This document shows, piece by piece, positions 7,542 through 16,027 of a stretch of DNA of 23,137 bases. The DNA comes from a bacterium (lineage in GTDB: Bacteria > Muiribacteriota > UBA6191): contig JAYZAC010000063.1 of the NCBI GenBank assembly GCA_036339875.1, forward strand, positions 1-23,137, read 5' to 3'. The notes under the pieces were generated by a model. That model saw only the letters and a list, made by a program, of their open reading frames with translations. It had not been told where the DNA came from and ran no database searches. A program made the position numbers and the translations under genes. How positions within the stretch are numbered: position 1 is the stretch's first letter; the number at the start of each line of letters is the position of its first letter.

Positions 7542-9373
7542 TATAAACTCCCCGATGATGCTCTTGCAGTAGCACGTAATTCATCGATGGCCCCATTTAT
7601 CATCTCTCTCTCTCGAATAATCCTCTCTGAACTCCATTTTGATTTTTTATGCTTAAGAGACTTTAGAGCATTTTGGAAAAAGAAAATAGCTAATTCTAAA
7701 TTACCATCTTCAGCATAACTAATTCCCAAATTTTTGTTGGCACTATAATGCTTTCGATTAAGTTTCGTGCAGATAATCAGATCTCTGATCTCATCCACAG
7801 AGTTATCCTGCAATAATGATCTTGCATAATAATATTCAGAATAAGTTGGTATTCGACTGATACCGAGTTTCAATTCTTTCAAGGCAGCTGTTTTAAGACC
7901 TTGTCGATAGTAAATCATAGCACGGTTGTATGAAGTAGATGGATCTGGTTTTTCTATATGCGCTGCGCTTAGTAAATTATGTAAAGCCTCCCAGTTATGA
8001 TCTTTGGGATTAGCTAAACGAAATTGGACCAGTCGATGTTTATCTTCGCCATCACTCAGTGGATGCTCAAGTATGTTGATAAAATTCTGTTCAATCTTTG
8101 CTTTCTGACGAAGTGAATTCAAGTCATACTTTAATAACCAAAAAATAGCCCAAGGAATTAAGAAAAGAAACGGTAGCCATCTACGACTGGATGAGGACCT
8201 ATTATTAATGCCTACCAAACTCAAAGAATAGATATGAGCGATCAAGATCTGAGTCGGCATTAAAAGGAGGCTAAAATCAAGCACAAAATGCATCTGAGCA
8301 GCGAGGAATATAACCAAAAGAGATGCCATATATTCAATTTTGATGAAAGGTCTCAACTTAAAAAGAATGCAAGTCAACGCAATTATCCAAATTATACTCA
8401 AAGGCGCACCCATCCAAACAAACATAAGTAAAACTGATTGGTGAATACTTGTAGTCCAGCGGATATTTAAAATATCAGAGTTCCCCTTCAGAAAAGGATC
8501 AGGATCATCAAAGTTGGTATTTTTCAACTCATTAAAATAATGTTCTGAAAATTTACCTTGACCAATTCCCAGCCAAAAATTTTGTTTGAAAATATCAAAC
8601 GAAGTAAGGACCTCATGAGCTCTTATCGATAAAGACGAAAACATATTAATTTGATGAGGATTCGTGATTCCATATGCCAGAAGTATTAGGATTACAATCG
8701 AACCACTGGTAAGTAATAGCTTACGTATTTTCTTATCAGAGCATTTTAATAGAGTGATTAAATGAATAATAAAATAAGCTAAGATTGCTGTTCGGCAAAG
8801 AGTTATACAGAGCATAATTAGAACAGTAAAATCTATCAATTTCAGTGGAAGCTTACCATTTGCTGGATAGGCTAAGAAATACCAAAATAGTATTATGACA
8901 GCTAATAAGTTGGGATTACCAACCATCCCTGATATGTGATATTCAGATCCTTGGTACCAAGGTAAAATACCAACAAAATCAACGAAACCAACAACTAGAA
9001 AAAGTTTTAATACAAACCTTGCGATTACATTAAATTCTAATGGGAATCGAAAGAGAAAATAAGGTAAACAATACATTAATGACCCTAAACCTAGACTGTG
9101 AATAACCCACTCACTTTGATGGTAAAGGTCTGAGAAAAAAGGTATAAAGCAAAGCAACAACCAAGAGCAACGAAGAATTGAATCTTTCTGAATTAGATCT
9201 GGAGAATTACGTTTTATATAGACTAAGAACAAAAGCAATAGAACTAAAAAAACGGAATGAATTAGCATTTTGGGTAAATCAAACCCGTTATTCCAATTTG
9301 GAAATATAGCAAACTGATGTATAAGTATGAGTGGCAACCATATCCTAGAACTCTTCTGCATCGTTCTTGTCAC
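7541..9373 (-). CDS. O-antigen ligase (Wzy_C)-family polytopic membrane protein with a C-terminal TPR region
   Basis: Many TM segments with motifs GMVGNPNLLA, TLCRTAILA, SIR, WLGIGQGKF and SIHQSVL; TPR-like C-terminus (SYNRAMIYYRQG, ANKNLGISYAEDG). Start is GTG 9373 (GTGA overlap with sfsA) or ATG 9361; TAATG overlap with tgt. Confidence 0.75.
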   Translation of the reverse strand: MTRTMQKSSRIWLPLILIHQFAIFPNWNNGFDLPKMLIHSVFLVLLLLFLVYIKRNSPDLIQKDSILRCSWLLLCFIPFFSDLYHQSEWVIHSLGLGSLMYCLPYFLFRFPLEFNVIARFVLKLFLVVGFVDFVGILPWYQGSEYHISGMVGNPNLLAVIILFWYFLAYPANGKLPLKLIDFTVLIMLCITLCRTAILAYFIIHLITLLKCSDKKIRKLLLTSGSIVILILLAYGITNPHQINMFSSLSIRAHEVLTSFDIFKQNFWLGIGQGKFSEHYFNELKNTNFDDPDPFLKGNSDILNIRWTTSIHQSVLLMFVWMGAPLSIIWIIALTCILFKLRPFIKIEYMASLLVIFLAAQMHFVLDFSLLLMPTQILIAHIYSLSLVGINNRSSSSRRWLPFLFLIPWAIFWLLKYDLNSLRQKAKIEQNFINILEHPLSDGEDKHRLVQFRLANPKDHNWEALHNLLSAAHIEKPDPSTSYNRAMIYYRQGLKTAALKELKLGISRIPTYSEYYYARSLLQDNSVDEIRDLIICTKLNRKHYSANKNLGISYAEDGNLELAIFFFQNALKSLKHKKSKWSSERIIREREMINGAIDELRATARASSGSL

Positions 9374-10083
9374 CTGAATAGCTTGGTAGCAATCTGCTTT
9401 TCAATTACCGCACATGGAGGCTCAATTTTCACCTGATAAGCTAAAACTTCTAAACCTCGCTCAACGGCATTTAAGAGCGCTTCGGCATACTTAGCATCAA
9501 TATCCCATGCAGGTTCAAAAATACTGGCATCACTACGATTGATAACAAAAATCAAAACCGCACGGTGACCTTGATTTTTCATCTCAAGCAATTCATTTAT
9601 GTGCTTCAAACCTCTAGCTGTAACAGCATCAGGAAATTGATATGATCCAGAATTAGATACTAAACTTACGTTCTTAACCTCAACGTAACAAAAGCCTTTT
9701 TTCGTATCTTCGAGAAGTAAATCTATTCGACTCTTATTCTCAATACCGTACTTTACCTCACGCCGTAAATTAGAGTACCCAGTGAGCTCTTTAATTCGCC
9801 CTTGAATAATCGCCTCTTCCACAATATCGTTAGACCGATGAGTGTTTACCCCAATCCAACATTTTTGATTATGAACCCACTCTAAAGTTAATCTAAGCTT
9901 ACGCTTTAAGTTCTCACTATCGCTTACAGCGACCCTATAACCGGGCTCAGCACAACCTTTCATGCTACCACTGTTAGGACAATGAACTGTTAATTCAGTA
10001 CCATCATCTAAAACTACATCAGCTAAAAATCTTTTATATCTCTTAATCAAAGTTCCAAAATAAATTTGTTGTTCAATTTTCAT
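9370..10083 (-). CDS. sfsA: DNA/RNA nuclease SfsA (sugar fermentation stimulation protein)
   Basis: LIKRYKRFLADV, HCPNSGSM, SRIDLLL, YVEVKNV, FPDAVTARGLKH. Confidence 0.95.
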   Translation of the reverse strand: MKIEQQIYFGTLIKRYKRFLADVVLDDGTELTVHCPNSGSMKGCAEPGYRVAVSDSENLKRKLRLTLEWVHNQKCWIGVNTHRSNDIVEEAIIQGRIKELTGYSNLRREVKYGIENKSRIDLLLEDTKKGFCYVEVKNVSLVSNSGSYQFPDAVTARGLKHINELLEMKNQGHRAVLIFVINRSDASIFEPAWDIDAKYAEALLNAVERGLEVLAYQVKIEPPCAVIEKQIATKLFR

Positions 10084-10141
10084 GATATCAGCTTATCAAA
10101 TGTGTCAACCGACTAAGGTCTTAATCGTCTCAGTTTAAAGC

Positions 10142-10178
10142 AAAACAGGACACACCCAGTTCGGGCATGTCCTGTTTT
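10142..10178 (-). terminator. Intrinsic terminator closing the secreted-protein gene pair
   Basis: Inverted repeat AAAACAGGACA...TGTCCTGTTTT. The inner stem pairs fully with G-U wobble on the minus-strand RNA, followed by TTTTGCTTT, 16 nt after the 10195 stop. Confidence 0.8.
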
Positions 10179-10194
10179 CAGAATCAATCTAAAT

Positions 10195-10779
10195 TTATGA
10201 CTTAAAATAATGATCTAAAAAACGCATCACATCCATGTAAAATGCACGCTCAGTATCTCTCGTGTTGATCAGCCTATACCGAACGAATTTCTTCACCTCT
10301 CCAGTAATATTGGAAATAGTTTGCTTCATATAATTGTCACCCACACGATGAATCTTTGCAGTAACTTGCAGAAGGCGGGATTCATGAGCTTCCAAATCAC
10401 TGGTTACAGTGTTTATTATTTCTCGCGCAAGATCTTTCTCTTCCTGTAAAAGTTTCACGTACTGCTTCATCAACTCGGCTTGTGAACCATCAGAAGTTTT
10501 ACTTTGTCGTAGCTCAACCTCTTTGGACAAAACCTCTTTGTACTTCATTCTGAGATTATAAACTTTTTCGATGTACTCAATTACGAAGGTTGTATCTTCG
10601 CTTCCTAACTCCTGAACTATTTCGGCCAACAGAGCAGTGTCGACACCCTGTGAGACTTGAGTTACTTCAGGTGCTCTTGGTGGGCTTTTTCTGCCAAAAG
10701 GGTTTTCTTCATCAGCACTCGCCGTAGCGCTCAGACCCACAGCAACCACACTGGCTAGAATGATTCCTCGCAATTTCAT
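10195..10779 (-). CDS. Hypothetical secreted alpha-helical/coiled-coil protein
   Basis: Sec signal MKLRGIILASVVAVGLSATASA|DEE, AAAGGAG RBS, and heptad-like charged helices. Confidence 0.8.
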   Translation of the reverse strand: MKLRGIILASVVAVGLSATASADEENPFGRKSPPRAPEVTQVSQGVDTALLAEIVQELGSEDTTFVIEYIEKVYNLRMKYKEVLSKEVELRQSKTSDGSQAELMKQYVKLLQEEKDLAREIINTVTSDLEAHESRLLQVTAKIHRVGDNYMKQTISNITGEVKKFVRYRLINTRDTERAFYMDVMRFLDHYFKS

Positions 10780-10822
10780 GATTCTCTCCTTTAATCCAAC
10801 CTATATTCAATAATTTGATCTA

Positions 10823-12316
10823 CTAATTTCCTGCCAGACGAGCTTGTTCTAATGCTTTCTGCGCACTCGAATACTGATCTCTAGCTGATTTGATAGCTTC
10901 CGCATCACCGCTCGCAATTGCCGCAGTAAGCGCCTGATAAGCAGTATTTACAGCTGCCTGTAAACTTGCTACGTCAACTCCTCCGGGACTTGTGGGTTGA
11001 GTTGGAGCAAGCGGTAGAGCGTTTGTCACTCCCCCGGTACCGTCACCATTGGCACCTGCCCCCGAATTATTTGGTTGATAGGGTCCATATCCTATAGGTG
11101 GCACTGGCTGTGGATAAACACCGTAACCACCGCCGTAGCCGCCGCCGTAGCCACCACCGTAGCCACCACCGTAACCGTAGCCACCGCCGTAGCCGCCGCC
11201 GTAGCCACCGCCATAACCACCGCCATAACCGCCGCCGTAACCGCCGCCATAGCCTGGGTAACCACCATAATATCCAGGATAACCTCCACCATATCCTCCA
11301 CCGTAAGGATATTGTTCCGTATCATTTAGAATTAGATTACCGCTGTTAATCTCTTGTATTAGTGTATTTAATTCTGCGCTAGCTGTTTGATTGTTACGTA
11401 TTGAAGTAACATACATCAAACGACGTATCAGGCGCTGATTTCCATGCGGAGGAATTGATGCCATTAAGCCTTGGAGTCTGACTCTGGCACGACTGGAGGA
11501 ACCTCCAAAGTCTTGTGCTATTTGAGCCAGCTGTCCCAAAAGGAAATCTTTGTCTATGTCCTGTTGACCTGGAAACGTCTGATTACCGTCTCCTCCCCAA
11601 GATATTGGCAAATTACCCGCTTCAAAATCTGTAATTATTCCATCCATTTCGCGAGAAATATCATCTTTATATCTTAAATTCGATGCTAAAAATAAACGTC
11701 TTAGGAAATTTGAATCTCCAAAGCGTTGGACATATTGAATCATCTGACGTATTCGATTTTGAGCAGCCCATATGCGATTCTGATCAATATCACTTCTGAC
11801 AAATCGTAATTGATCTTTTACCCAGTTCTCGTCAACATAACCCATTCCGCCGGGATACCCATATCCACCACCGTAGCCATATCCACCACCGTAGCCATAA
11901 CCGCCACCATGCCCATATCCACCGCCGTAGCCATATCCACCGCCGTAGTTCTGACCACCTGGGTAATATCCCTGACCGTATCCATTACCACTGTAGTATG
12001 AATTACCGCCATTGCCATAACCATTATTATATCCACTATTGTAGCCGCTACCATTATTGTAACCGTTGTTATAACCGTTACCATTATTGTAGCCAGTATT
12101 GTATCCGCTACCGCTATTGTAGTTTCCGCCCCCTGAATACGAGCCTGAGTTACCGTAGTTTCCTCCTAAGCCATCATAGCGTCCGCTGCCACTTACAGCG
12201 GTTTGTGTGCTGAGTGTTTGAGCTTCGACTTGACCTAAGAACAGTGGTGAAACCGCAAATGCGGCTACCGCCATACCTACTTTTATAAAGTTCTGACTGT
12301 GATATATGGTTTTCAT
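10823..12316 (-). CDS. Secreted Gly/Tyr/Asn-rich low-complexity protein with a duplicated central domain
   Basis: GGAGG RBS; signal peptide ending GQVEA|QT; GYNN, GYGGGY and GGGY repeats; two ~78-aa helical repeats; Ala-rich helical C-terminus. Confidence 0.85.
   Translation of the reverse strand: MKTIYHSQNFIKVGMAVAAFAVSPLFLGQVEAQTLSTQTAVSGSGRYDGLGGNYGNSGSYSGGGNYNSGSGYNTGYNNGNGYNNGYNNGSGYNSGYNNGYGNGGNSYYSGNGYGQGYYPGGQNYGGGYGYGGGYGHGGGYGYGGGYGYGGGYGYPGGMGYVDENWVKDQLRFVRSDIDQNRIWAAQNRIRQMIQYVQRFGDSNFLRRLFLASNLRYKDDISREMDGIITDFEAGNLPISWGGDGNQTFPGQQDIDKDFLLGQLAQIAQDFGGSSSRARVRLQGLMASIPPHGNQRLIRRLMYVTSIRNNQTASAELNTLIQEINSGNLILNDTEQYPYGGGYGGGYPGYYGGYPGYGGGYGGGYGGGYGGGYGGGYGGGYGYGGGYGGGYGGGYGGGYGVYPQPVPPIGYGPYQPNNSGAGANGDGTGGVTNALPLAPTQPTSPGGVDVASLQAAVNTAYQALTAAIASGDAEAIKSARDQYSSAQKALEQARLAGN
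11121..11254. repeat. Imperfect 12-bp tandem repeat encoding (GGGY)n
   Basis: About 10 units of ccRccRccRtaR with one 6-bp insertion; variation falls at synonymous positions of the minus-strand frame. Confidence 0.9.
11859..11948. repeat. Five 18-bp tandem units encoding (YGGGYG)5
   Basis: ccatatccaccaccgtag x2, ccataaccgccaccatgc, ccatatccaccgccgtag x2. Confidence 0.9.
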
Positions 12317-12376
12317 GGTTTCCTCCGCAGCTTAACTGCTTGGCTACAAAAATACTTTCTGCATTCCGGTTCAAAC

Positions 12377-12403
12377 TACGCAGCTTTGATAGAAAAAGTT
12401 TCA
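12377..12403 (-). promoter_or_regulatory. Candidate ECF sigma-factor promoter (SigW/SigM-like)
   Basis: Minus strand reads TGAAAC-tttttctatcaaagctg(17)-CGTA, 60 nt upstream of ATG 12316. Confidence 0.5.
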
Positions 12404-12556
12404 AAAAGTTTTTTAGGATTGACATTTTTTTCAATAAATTAAAGTAAGTTTAAGTTTTCTAATACAGATTATTGGCCCTTGTCGTGTTTCTTGTTAGAAT
12501 TCTAGGACTATTTCAAAATCTGTTTTACACAACCTTAATCAATAAGCAGGAGCTTC

Positions 12557-14908
12557 ATGAAAATTACCTATCAATGGCTTAAACAATATATGAACTGGAA
12601 CGCAAGCCACACAAAACTAGAGGAAGTTCTTACCGACTTAGGTATCGAAGTAGAGGATAGTCAAAAGACACTAGCAGATTTTAATGATGTAGTTGTTGGA
12701 TTTGTCACAAACTGCAAAATTCATCCTAATGCTGATAAACTCCAACTGTGTGAAGTCGACATAGGCAAGCAAGAAAATCTTACTATCGTCTGCGGCGCAC
12801 CTAACGTAACATCTGGAATGAAAGTACCCGTTGCACTCCCCGAAGCTCTTCTACCTTTTGGACAATTGAAACCTCGTAAGATTCGAGGCATTTTTTCAGA
12901 AGGAATGATTTGCTCGGAGGAGGAACTCGGATTCGCAGAAAAATCTGATGGTATATGGGAACTCGATGATAACTTCGAAATTGGAGAAGACTTCCGGTCT
13001 TACTTTGAGGAGGATGTTCAAATTGAGTTATCAATTACACCAAATCGTCCAGACTGGTTAGGCCTGCGTGGAATTTTACGAGAGTTACACGTAAAAAATG
13101 GCATATCTTACAAACTTCCTAGTACAAATTTAGTACCAAAAGACCTCAGTGATTATCGGGTGGAAATAAATGATTCAATCGGATGCCCTCGCTACGTAGG
13201 TGCATTAATTCGAGGTGTGCAAATAGGCCCTTCTCCCAGATGGCTACGACAGAGGCTGGAAGCAGTGGGACAGAGAACTATAAATAACGTAGTTGATCTC
13301 ACAAACTACTTGATGATTCTTTATGGACACCCAATGCATGCTTTTGACGCCTCTAAAATTAGAGGAAATAAAATCATCATTAGATCAGCAAAAAATAACG
13401 AAATTTTAACTACACTAGATGGTGAAAAGCGAAGATTTAATGAGGATGATTTATTAATTTGTGACAATGAAGGCCCCTCAGCAATCGCAGGAGTCATGGG
13501 GGGTGCCGATTCAGAAATTGATAATGATACAAAAGATGTATTCTTAGAAGTGGCCTACTTCGATCCAATAAAAATTCGTAAAACCTCCAAAAAACAAAAG
13601 ATGCATACAGAGGCCTCTCATCGCTTTGAAAGAGGAATGGATATTGAATTCCCAAGAGAATTAGCACACATAGCAGTCGATCATATTCTGGATATAGCAG
13701 GAGGAACTTATGAGGGAACAGTAGATAACTACCCGAAAGTTTTTGAGAGCAAACCTGTGACATTTGAATACAGCCTTACTAAAAAGATCCTAGGGATTTC
13801 TCCAGATAATCAATGGGTAAATAATACTCTCGAAAATTTTGGTTGTGCCCTTGAGCAAATAGACCAAGATCAGGTTCTTGTATACCCACCAAGTTTTCGC
13901 CATGATTTAGAACGACCAATTGATCTAATTGAAGAAATAGCAAGAATTTATGGTTACAACGAAATTCCATTTGAAGCACCCAAAGTGTTGATGCAACTCT
14001 TACAAGACAAACCATTAGAAATTATCATTGAAAGAACTCGTCAAGCTCTTTTGAAAGAAAATCTCAGCGAATGCGTCACTTATTCATTTGCTCGCCAGAA
14101 ACATTTTAACAGTGTCGAGCTACTTAATCCTCTTGCTGAAGATATCGCCTACTTGAGAACAAATATCACCGATAAGCTGCTTGAAACGGTTATTCACAAT
14201 TATAAAAAACAGAATAATCGAATTGGACTATTTGAAACTGGGGTTGTGTTTTCAAAAAATTCCGAAAGTCAATATTGTGAAGAACTCCATGTCTGCATTG
14301 CAGTTAGTGGTATTCAAACTAATGATTGGAAGAATAAAAATACGCATACCGACTTTTTCGATCTTAAAGGAATCGTAGAAAGACTTTTTGCCCACCTCCA
14401 TCACACTTTTCAATGGAAAGATTGCCAAAATCCTCATGAAAATCTCAATGCTGACTCAACTCAGAATATCTATTTTCAAGGTAAGCCTATTGGTTTTGCT
14501 GGACTAGTTGAGAGCAATTATCTTAAAAAACAGAAAATTTTTTCACCAGTGGCAATATGCGAAATAAACCTTGAAAAAATTATCTCTGCGAAAGAAAAAT
14601 CACACAAGTATAAACCTCTGCCAAATTTACCTGGCTCAGAAAAACAGCTTGCTCTAATTACCCCCAAGGATATTGAGGCGCATCAGATCATGAAAGAAAT
14701 TTCTAAACTGAAGATTAAAAATCTTGAAAACCATGAAATTTTTGATTTATACGAGGGTAAAGGTATACCTAAGGGATACAAAAGCTTAGGAATCTCATTT
14801 TATTTTAGAGGTAACGAGCGTAGTCTTTCAGAAGATGAAATGGGAGAACAACTGGAGAAAGTTTTAGAAGTTCTACATCAAAAATATAATGTGACTTTAC
14901 GCCCTTAA
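12557..14908 (+). CDS. pheT: Phenylalanine--tRNA ligase beta subunit
   Basis: HPNADKL, IVCGAPN, SEGMICSEEELG, ITPNRPD, INNVVDLTNY, HPMHAFD, IAGVMGG, EASHRFERG, DLIEEIARIYGY, and a C-terminal anticodon-binding domain (FDLYEGKGIPKGYKSL). AGGAG RBS. Confidence 0.98.
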   Translation: MKITYQWLKQYMNWNASHTKLEEVLTDLGIEVEDSQKTLADFNDVVVGFVTNCKIHPNADKLQLCEVDIGKQENLTIVCGAPNVTSGMKVPVALPEALLPFGQLKPRKIRGIFSEGMICSEEELGFAEKSDGIWELDDNFEIGEDFRSYFEEDVQIELSITPNRPDWLGLRGILRELHVKNGISYKLPSTNLVPKDLSDYRVEINDSIGCPRYVGALIRGVQIGPSPRWLRQRLEAVGQRTINNVVDLTNYLMILYGHPMHAFDASKIRGNKIIIRSAKNNEILTTLDGEKRRFNEDDLLICDNEGPSAIAGVMGGADSEIDNDTKDVFLEVAYFDPIKIRKTSKKQKMHTEASHRFERGMDIEFPRELAHIAVDHILDIAGGTYEGTVDNYPKVFESKPVTFEYSLTKKILGISPDNQWVNNTLENFGCALEQIDQDQVLVYPPSFRHDLERPIDLIEEIARIYGYNEIPFEAPKVLMQLLQDKPLEIIIERTRQALLKENLSECVTYSFARQKHFNSVELLNPLAEDIAYLRTNITDKLLETVIHNYKKQNNRIGLFETGVVFSKNSESQYCEELHVCIAVSGIQTNDWKNKNTHTDFFDLKGIVERLFAHLHHTFQWKDCQNPHENLNADSTQNIYFQGKPIGFAGLVESNYLKKQKIFSPVAICEINLEKIISAKEKSHKYKPLPNLPGSEKQLALITPKDIEAHQIMKEISKLKIKNLENHEIFDLYEGKGIPKGYKSLGISFYFRGNERSLSEDEMGEQLEKVLEVLHQKYNVTLRP

Positions 14909-14913
14909 ATTCA

Positions 14914-15999
14914 ATGAAGCTTCTCGAATTTCTTAAGAAATATTCCGCTGACAGTAACTTTGTAATCTTCACGGGTTCATGTGCCTTTCAAAAAGAACTT
15001 ATAAGAATATTCTTTGCTAAAGAGTTACACTCATCACATCCAATTTCAAGTCAATGGCTCAGCGCTAAGGAACAAGGTATTGATCAAATTTGCCAAAATT
15101 TCGAACAGCCTGCTTTGTTTGCAAAACCAACTCTCTACGTAATCGATGAAACTCAAACCTTATCTTTGAGCCAGAGAGAGAGACTGCTTAATGCATGTTT
15201 GAACTCGGCTAATCCCAAATTTTTTAAGCTACTTTATTTTTCTAAATTAGATAAAGTGTCCGATTTAATCAAATCAAAAACTGTAAGCTCAGAATCGAAA
15301 CAACTTAATTCAATAGTAAATTTAACCATGCAGGCAATGAAAATAATGGAATTACCTACCAATAAATATCTGGCTGAAAAAATTTCTGAAATTCACTACT
15401 CTAATCCTCTACAAATTTTGAGTGAATTACAAAAACTTAGCCTATTTCTAGAACCTGGTGAAGAAAATTTTGTGATACAGGATGTTCTACCGTTATTCCC
15501 CAAAAAAAATAACGCAAATTTTTTTGGTTTTTTGGATGGCATAGGAACACGGCGAATAAAAAGATGTCTACAAGAAATCCAAATATTAAAAGAGTCTTCA
15601 GAATGGGAACCAACTCGATTATTAATTTCCACTAAATCTCATTTTCGTAAACTTTTAGATCTAAAGAATTGGATTTATACCCCAGACGAACTGATGCTAT
15701 TTCAGTATTCTCATCGATACTTAACTTCCCGTAGCCGTAGAGAAAAAGAGAAACTCTCCGCAAATATTCGAAATTACTTCCAAGAACGCCTAACTTTAGT
15801 ACAATTTGAAAAATTTCAGAAGCAATTCAAAAGCGACTATTACTTAGGTAAGTTAGTATTCCAACAACACTATTTCAGTAGAGACAAACTAATCAACCTT
15901 CTAAGTGAATGCACAAAAATGATTGCCGAGTTACAAACAAAAAACTCTCATGAGGAGCATGCATTTCATCAATTTGTATTTAATTCCTGTCAGAAATAA
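14914..15999 (+). CDS. holA: Divergent DNA polymerase III delta subunit-like protein
   Basis: HolA-like layout: VIFTG near the N-terminus, QPALFAKPTLYVID, ILSELQKLSLF, NFFGFLDGI, C-terminal YYLGKLVFQQHYFSRDKL; 361 aa. Confidence 0.6.
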   Translation: MKLLEFLKKYSADSNFVIFTGSCAFQKELIRIFFAKELHSSHPISSQWLSAKEQGIDQICQNFEQPALFAKPTLYVIDETQTLSLSQRERLLNACLNSANPKFFKLLYFSKLDKVSDLIKSKTVSSESKQLNSIVNLTMQAMKIMELPTNKYLAEKISEIHYSNPLQILSELQKLSLFLEPGEENFVIQDVLPLFPKKNNANFFGFLDGIGTRRIKRCLQEIQILKESSEWEPTRLLISTKSHFRKLLDLKNWIYTPDELMLFQYSHRYLTSRSRREKEKLSANIRNYFQERLTLVQFEKFQKQFKSDYYLGKLVFQQHYFSRDKLINLLSECTKMIAELQTKNSHEEHAFHQFVFNSCQK

Positions 16000-16027
16000 A
16001 AACTAGATTAGCGCTAAATACAAATTT

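Noticed and set aside
11121..11948. Tandem repeats as a possible CRISPR array
   Set aside because: Units are 12 or 18 bp, contiguous, lack unique spacers and lie in-frame in a CDS; there are no cas genes.
11075..12213. Alternative-frame ORFs rich in His/Arg, Ala/Val/Thr or Tyr/Cys over the G/Y repeats
   Set aside because: They are shadows of the repetitive Gly/Tyr codons. Third-position variation, the RBS and the signal peptide all support only the 10823..12316 frame.
12419..12447. Perfect TTGACA as the -35 of a pheT promoter
   Set aside because: No good -10 at 16-18 nt spacing; TAAAGT sits at 15 nt. Not supportable.
12801..15632. Short antisense or out-of-frame ORFs inside pheT and holA, and similar ones inside metF, tgt, maf, accC and the TPR gene
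   Set aside because: They are fully nested in well-supported genes and have no recognisable motifs.
16008..16017. TTAGCGCTAA palindrome between the convergent holA-like and TPR-Mrr genes
   Set aside because: Too short and loopless to call as a terminator.
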